Assembly (NCBI GenBank): GCA_964016885.1
Contig: OZ024746.1
Span: 27,280,001-27,344,000, forward strand
Direction: 5' to 3'
DNA length: 64,000 nt
From: Eledone cirrhosa
Lineage: Eukaryota
Both the position numbers and the translations under genes were made by a program. The notes beneath the pieces are model-generated. The model had not been told where the DNA came from, ran no database searches, and worked only from the letters and a program-made list of their open reading frames with translations. Positions 57,160 through 64,000 of the stretch are shown piece by piece (the first letter of the stretch is position 1; each line of letters starts with the position of its first letter).

Positions 57160-57466
57160 GATATTAAATAAATGGAAACTATATTTATAAAACCATATTT
57201 ATTTCATTATATATATTTCAGGGATATCATATTAAAAATATGTTATGCCTTCTTCAGACAAAATACAATATAAACAGTCTTATAAATAGATAGATTCGAC
57301 ATACCTTTCAACTTCGACTTCTATTATAATGAAATAAATATGGTTTTATAAATATAGTTTCCATTTATTTAATATCGTAAATATACTCCAAATACTTGTT
57401 GAGTGCTTTTATATCAGTTATAAATATTTACTCGTTGTTAACCCAACAATTTAAATAAAACTTTGC
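57159..57466. mobile_element. Fold-back hammerhead element, family A
   Basis: Arms ~57159-57210 / 57325-57377; tail 57378-57466; (TA)n both sides. Confidence 0.8.
57200..57265 (-). ncRNA. Type I hammerhead ribozyme motif (family A)
   Basis: Minus strand: tattttgt-CTGAAGA-aggcataacatatt...aatatgatatccct-GAAA-tatata-TA-atgaaata. Confidence 0.72.
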
Positions 57467-57579
57467 ATATATATATATATATATATATTTATTAAAATAA
57501 CAGATTAAAGTTTAATCAAAGAATAGCTGCTTTCACCCTTAACGGGATCTTCTGAAACTAACCATATATATATATATAT

Positions 57580-59171
57580 CTTTAGGTTTGTTGGTTCACC
57601 ACAGGATAGATTTGGTCATTCCGTATGGTCAATCTTGGTGTAATATTGTGGAGAGTACTCAACGTAGTGCAGTTCACCCGTCTTCGTTTGTGTAGTTGGT
57701 GGTGCGAATACGGAGTTAATTATAAATAAAAATAACAGGAGGCTGGACTTGTGTAAATCCTTGAAAGGTTCCATATGAATTGTGTAAATCTTTGAAAGGT
57801 TCCATATGAATTGTGTAAATCTTTGACCGGGTTCCATATGAATCCGGTGATATCATCAGGTATTTGAAAAATATAACAAAGGAATATGTAAAAACCATGG
57901 GTCCGAAAAATCAGAGACAGAGAGGACGACTGACCAACTAGCTGTCTTCACCTCGGCCAGTCGCCCTCAAAGTGATGGCAGCTCGATCTGCTAATGACCA
58001 TCTGGTGAGGAGGCGAGGGCTTATAATGTACTAACACTCGCCGTCAATGAATAAAAAATAAAAAAGGGGAAGAAAGAAAGAGAGAAGAAAAAAAAAAGAA
58101 AGAAAGAAGTCAGCGTAAGGGTCACACTACAGTCAAGCTAGAAAACGCCGCGAAAAACGTTATTCTAAAGAATCTATATTTTAACAAATGCATATATAAT
58201 GGGTATCTGTATGGTCTAATTTGTGTACAGAAATTTGGAACGTTAAACTTATATTACGAGTTATAGGATGAAATTAAATTAAAAAATAATAAATTGAAAA
58301 TTGGAAAAAAAAAACAAAAAAAAAAACAATTATTTAATGAACTTACAGAGAGAGCCTTATATGAAAAAGTTAATCTCGATAATATATCAGGGTGAGAAAA
58401 AGATTAAAGCCTTCGAATATGGATCCCACTCAGCACCTCCTAACCGCGTGTCAGCCAGTTTCGAGTGGTATCGTCCAGCGAAAGAAATGGAAATTAATAT
58501 TTCCGAGTACTCTAGGAACGTAGTTACACTAGGCCCCGGGTGTGCTAGCGGGAAGTCCACAATTTCGACAGGCCATCGTCAATACCAAACGGATACTTTT
58601 TTTTTTTTTTTTTTTCAAATTTTCAATTTATTATTTTTTAATTTAATTTCATCCTATAACTCGTAAAATAAGTTTAACGTTCCACATTTCTGTTCACACA
58701 TTAGACCATACAGACACCCATTATATGTGCCTTTGTTAAAATATAGACTCTTTAGAATAACGTTTTTCGCGGCGTTTTCTAGCTTGACTGTAGTGTGACC
58801 CTTACGCTGACTTCTTTCTTTCTTTTTTTCTTTTTTTCTTCTTTCTTTCTTTCTTTCTTTCTTTCTACCCCTTTTTTTATTTTTTATTCATTGACGGCGA
58901 GTGGTAGTACATTATAAGCCTTCGCCCCCTCACCAGATGGTCATTAGCAGATCGAGCTGCCATCACTTTGAAGGCGACTGGCCGAGGTGAAGACAGCTAG
59001 TTGGTCAGTCGTCCTCTCTGTCTCTGACTTTTCGGACCCATGGTTTTTACATATTCCTTTGTTATATTTTTCAAATACCTGATGATATCACCGGATTCAT
59101 ATGGAACCTGGTCATTGAAATGATCATAGTATAATAAACCTTTCAAGGATTTACACAAGTCCAGCCTCCTG

Positions 59172-59180
<9 letters not shown>
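57580..59180. mobile_element. 1.6-kb fold-back element, family G
   Basis: Arms ~57727-58326 / ~58596-59180 with scattered mismatches; ~270-bp spacer; tail 57580-57726; (TA)n both sides. Confidence 0.85.
59075..59132 (+). ncRNA. Type I hammerhead ribozyme motif (family G)
   Basis: atac-CTGATGA(59079)-tatcaccggattc..gaacctggtcatt-GAAA(59117)-tgatca-TA-gtat; palindromic stem III atgatcat. Confidence 0.72.
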
Positions 59181-59221
<41 letters not shown>

Positions 59222-59229
<8 letters not shown>

Positions 59230-59520
59230 GTCTGTACGGAATTCCTTCCTTGCTCACATTCCAACCAGGTTTGATGGTCTTTATTCTCTCTCGTTCACGA
59301 TTTTACCGAACTTATATTCATGGAAATTTGGGACTTGACTCCTTCTTCCTCACTTTTCGTTGCTTCACCATCTTTGTTTGTTTACACTCTCGTGTCCCCT
59401 TTATTTACGTGTCCCAACAACTTTTTTTAGCCATTGCTCGCACCAACCGGAGGTATATGGTCTTTAAAGCGATGAAATACCAATGATGGTTGGAAGATCA
59501 CTGATGAAGGACTAACTTTA

Positions 59521-59524
<4 letters not shown>
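59222..59524 (+). mobile_element. (TA)n-embedded repeat with partial hammerhead core
   Basis: Homologous to 55005-55372; CTGATGA at 59501, then truncated by (TA)n. Confidence 0.5.
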
Positions 59525-59615
<91 letters not shown>

Positions 59616-59936
59616 AAAAGAACAAAATATTTATTTAAAACATTCAAACATTTATTGATTCAGAACTCAATACTGGTGGATAGAGTGTAAATTTTATTTT
59701 CTAAGTTGAAAAGTGGCTTCGAAGTTTCAGCTTGGTCTATTCGTCTGTAGGCACACACAGTCTCTCTCTCTCACACACACACACATACGCGCACACACAC
59801 ACACATATAGAGAGAAAGAAAGAAAGATAGGGGCAAAGAGGAAGAGAAAGGGGAATTTGCATAAATTTCCCTTTCTCTTGTTCTTTTTTACCTACTCCAT
59901 TGTTCTCTGCTTCGCTCTTCCTCTCTCACTTCTCTC

Positions 59937-60037
<101 letters not shown>

Positions 60038-60169
60038 ATATAGTGTGTGTGAGAGAGAGGTAGAGGTAGATAGATAGATAGATTAATAGATAGATAGAGA
60101 GATAGAGAGATAGATAGATAGAGAGAGATAGATAGATAGATAGGGAGATAGATAGACAGAGAGATAGAT

Positions 60170-60208
<39 letters not shown>

Positions 60209-60218
60209 AACGAGTAGG

Positions 60219-60314
60219 ACCCCGACGGCTGAGTTCAAGCCGTTTCGACGGCTAATTCTGGACTAAATGAAAATTTTTATCCTAGTATTTGAATAGCCGA
60301 GCTTCTCAAGGGGT
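60219..60314 (-). ncRNA. Type I hammerhead motif, U3:A8 core (family B)
   Basis: Minus strand: acccc-TTGAGAA-gctcggctattc...gaattagccgtc-GAAAC-ggcttgaactcagcc-GTC-ggggt. Confidence 0.75.
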
Positions 60315-60455
60315 AATTCCATATATGGTAAAAGTGATTGTCACAAGGATTGGTCAAAAGTTTGTTGTTGAGACATAATAATTCTATCATGGCAATCTGT
60401 GGAGGGAAGGGTTAGCTAAACCTTTTACCATGAACCTTTTACCATATATGGAATT

Positions 60456-60551
60456 ACCCCTTGAGAAGCTCGGCTTTTCAAATACCAGGATAAAAATTTT
60501 CATTTAGTCCAGAATTAGCCGTCGAAACGGCTTGAGCTCAGCCGTCGGGGT
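60456..60551 (+). ncRNA. Type I hammerhead motif, U3:A8 core (family B)
   Basis: acccc-TTGAGAA(60461)-gctcggct...agccgtc-GAAAC(60524)-ggcttgagctcagcc-GTC(60544)-ggggt. Confidence 0.75.
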
Positions 60552-60642
60552 CCTACTCGTTCCTATTACCCACTCTACTACCCTAAGTATTGAGTACTTT
60601 GGTGCGTTATGGTCCACCTAGTTCCTTACCACATTTCCTCCG

Positions 60643-60717
<75 letters not shown>

Positions 60718-62159
60718 TAGATAGATAGAGAGAGAGACAGATAAATAGACATCTTAGATAGATAGATAGATATATAGAGAGTGAGAGCAGCATAGAGAGA
60801 AACAATAGCGATTAGTAGAAGGAGTGAGAGATAGAAAGCGATAGAAATAAAATTACAGGAACCAAATGAAATATAAAGAGTAAAAACGTTAATATAAAAC
60901 GTAACAGTAGAATCATTAAATTGCATTTCTGAGAAGTTATTAGTTTTATTAGTTTATTATAGTACCCCCCGCCTCACTCCATTATATAAAGATATATAAA
61001 TACACTGAACAACAACTTGAGAGGATATCAATTACCAAAGAGCGTATAATGAAATTTTTCTGGTTGAAACGAATGATAGAATTTGTTATTATGAATAGTT
61101 TATAAAGTGTATTGAGAAAATATTTAATAAAAACAAAATATTTACGTAGTAAAACTAAATACACCACAGTGTAAAGGGTAGTGAGTACAATATTTAGAAA
61201 GCACTGGAAGTTTGTGTAAAGTTAGCGCTAATATAATCTTGATGTTACTAATTAAAATAGTTCTTTAAATAAAATTTTACAAAAAATATAATAAAATGAA
61301 ACATCACATTTCCTAATGCTAAAATAATAATAGAAGTAAAACGGAAATTTCATAAAACATTTTTAGAATATTGAGTTTAGAATGACAGAAAGATATACAA
61401 TTTTATGACAAATGACTCGTTGGGGGAATTTGCATGACAGCAAGCGTTAATTTAACAATACTACTGTGTTTTTAACATCTCTCCTTTTTACATTGTAGAC
61501 CTGGAGAAAGAGTCACCATGGTGTGTGTGAATGCTGATAGTGAGGCTTAGCATTTGGAATAACCACAAGGGCACTAGTGACAGGTTGTTTTTACTAAAGA
61601 AGTATGAAGTATGACGATGTATTCTTGAAATGAATAGTACGTTTTTGTTGTCGCTGAAAGACACAGGTTGGTATGTCTCCATCTAAGAATTGCTTCCCTA
61701 TCTCTCTACAGGGAATTAATGGAGGTTTGGTGTGATGTGTATAAATTCTTTGTGGAATCATAATATTTGCTATTCATGAAACATGATAGCTTAGTGATTA
61801 GAGGCTTGACAAGTCAATCCAGACATATTTGCTGCTAGAACTTCCTTCAAATATATCCTACAGACACATCTGATTGTTTTCTAAACTGACACTTTCGAAC
61901 ATATATCTTTTTCATGGAGTCATCAAGTGCCATATGCGTTATTTTAGCATAACATTTCGAAAGGTATTAAATCTATAACAACTGGACAATGTCCTTATAT
62001 AAACTGAGAGACAGGTGAGTAAAATGGATTGATTTATATGTAAGACGACATGCCAAACTGAATGCTGAAATTTCATTACAGAAACATCATTTTATTTGAT
62101 GAAAAGTACCGATGTACGAAATATTTGCCGCTCCATTCTCTTATATAGTTTGTGTGATA

Positions 62160-62220
62160 TAGGGTTAGAATTAGGGTTAGGGTTAGGGCAATGGTTAGAG
62201 TTATGGTTAAGGTTAGGCTT
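62160..62220 (+). repeat. Degenerate interstitial (TTAGGG)n
   Basis: tagggttagaattagggttagggttagggcaatggttagag... Confidence 0.7.
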
Positions 62221-62298
62221 AAGTTGTGGGTTTTTCTATAAATAAGTGGTGCATGAATTTATGTGTTCGTTTGAGCAGGTGTGTATGTTCGTTTGAGC

Positions 62299-62355
<57 letters not shown>

Positions 62356-62452
62356 TGAGTGTGTGTGTGCCGCATACAAATAATCATTTTCTATTGTACG
62401 TGATGAAGAATTTCGATTCCTCCAGATGTGATAACTCCATATTATTATTGGA

Positions 62453-62587
62453 TGGCCCTTGCCATTCTGAGTTCAAATCCCGCCGAGGTTAACTTTGCCT
62501 TTCATCCTTACGGGGTCGATAAAATAAAGTACCAGTAATGTACTGGGTAATTTCTGGCCTTGTGCCAAACGTAGAAACAATTATTAT
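62453..62587 (+). mobile_element. tRNA-derived SINE, 5'-truncated
   Basis: Family core and 3' end present. Confidence 0.9.
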
Positions 62588-63664
62588 TGGATTTATTAAA
62601 GTATAAGAGAACCATATTCTTCCTTCGTGTTGTAGTTCAAAGTCAGATTAATAGTTTATTGACCAACTCAGTAAGATTTTCTAATTTTTGATCTCTTAAT
62701 GTAAAATATTGTTATTTCAAAGATGGATTAAATATATGACGGGTTGCCAATTTTTTCTAAATAAACATGTCCGTGCTGAAATTGACATGAATTTATCATT
62801 CAATATACCTGGAGATTGTCTAACATTAAACGAAAAAACAATTCCTAATCAATAAAGCTATTCAATAGAAAGAAAATCACTGAAAGGTGAGTTATAGTTG
62901 TATAGAGAACATCGTCACACTGATAACACTAATCAATAGAAATAACAACACATCTTGGAACAAGGTAAATGTAAGAATAAAATGTTAAACCACAGCAAAT
63001 TACTCAGCCAAGTCAATGGAGTGTGACCAAGGAGAGCCCCAGAATATAGAACCAAAGTAGTATTCTAAGATGACATTTGAAAAATATGTTTAAGAATAAA
63101 TACATGGCATCTGTTTGTTTTGTTAAAACACTAAAAAGAAATTCCATATAACTATTTTAAAAAATGTCCATGTCACAGAGAATGGAACTGACACAAACAC
63201 ACTAAACTGCTATTTAATGGAAGGTGGGGCACATTGCAAGAGTTGCTACGGTCGAATTAAATGCCACAATATTTAATCTAGCTCCCTGCTCTATTCATTT
63301 CCTAGAGGATGATACAGTAAGCTTACGTTAATGGATTGAAAATGTGTCCCTCTGGTAGGAGAAACTCATGAAAAGATAAAAGGTGGTGTCAACGTGAAGG
63401 TTTAAGAACAAAGGACTTCTACAAAGCCCCTATCAACATAATAGCTGCCACAGTTTACCAGCGACAGTCATTAAATGAAGCCAGATAATGTGACTTTAAA
63501 TGTAAAGCAAACATGAATACACACACACACACGTTTGTATGTATGCATATATGTATGTATGCATGTATGTATATATATATATATATATAAGAATTAAAAT
63601 ACTAGAGTGTGTTGGAGTTAAACACCCTCTTCATATTATAGAAATGACAGTAATATTTTCATAA

Positions 63665-63695
<31 letters not shown>

Positions 63696-63787
63696 GGAAC
63701 GAGTAGGACCCCGACGGCTGAGCTCAAGCCGTTTCGACGGCTAATTGTGCGTTATGGTCCACCTGGTTCCTTACCACATTTCCTTCG

Positions 63788-63789
<2 letters not shown>
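63696..63789. mobile_element. Internally deleted family B element
   Basis: Left end matches 60207-60257; right end matches 60602-60644. Confidence 0.85.
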
Positions 63790-63840
<51 letters not shown>

Positions 63841-63845
<5 letters not shown>

Positions 63846-63990
63846 GTGGTTACACAACAGTTAGTTCACCATACCGAGAACAATTGTTCTCGGTATGGTG
63901 AACTAACTGTTGTGTAACCACTTCTACCTAACTCGTCCCTTGGACTTAGTGCTCTACCACTACGGATATTACCTTCCAGTGTTCCACCAC
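63841..63990. mobile_element. Fold-back element, family H (perfect 86-bp palindrome + tail)
   Basis: 63841-63926 is a loop-less palindrome centred on caa|ttg; 64-bp tail; (TA)n both sides. Confidence 0.8.
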
Positions 63991-64000
63991 TATATATATA

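Larger units (their letters stand above)
60207..60644. mobile_element. Fold-back hammerhead element, family B (most complete copy)
   Basis: 128-bp arms 60207-60334 / 60436-60563; tail 60564-60644; (TA)n both sides. Confidence 0.88.

Noticed and set aside
57487-57561. CAGAAGA-tccc..gggt-GAAA on the minus strand (related copy at ~27524-27575)
   Set aside because: A real TA-associated repeat, but U4 is replaced by A and stems I and III are unconvincing, so not called a ribozyme
61490-61800. Possible exon or DDE transposase remnant (GERVTMVCVNA)
   Set aside because: Too short and interrupted by stops to assign without a search
62160-62220. Telomere or chromosome fusion site
   Set aside because: Only about three perfect TTAGGG units; such patches are common inside repeats

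Overview
Very AT-rich, microsatellite-saturated eukaryotic DNA. The SINE, Tc1 and microsatellite content suggests a cephalopod (octopus-like) genome, which is an inference. I found no credible host protein-coding exon; most ORFs in the track are microsatellite artefacts. Real coding sequence is retrotransposon-derived: a Tx1/L1-clade LINE (32659-37158, plus two short 3' copies) inserted at (TATC)n with 19-20 bp TSDs, a tandemly duplicated RTE-clade LINE fragment with three C-terminal C2H2 fingers in (TATG)n, and decayed R4/Dong-like and Tc1/mariner remnants. tRNA-derived SINEs and several minisatellites are also present. The main unannotated signal is a set of at least 7-9 unrelated, non-coding fold-back elements sitting in (TA)n tracts. 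They share one layout: (TA)n, inverted arm, forward arm, 60-150 bp tail, (TA)n. Most carry type I hammerhead ribozyme motifs (about 13 complete motifs read by eye, two families with the rare U3:A8 core), and their tails share a TYGAGTRCY motif. This looks like a diverse (TA)n-targeted, hammerhead-bearing system derived from Penelope-like elements or retrozymes. All structures were paired by eye, and none has been checked computationally.
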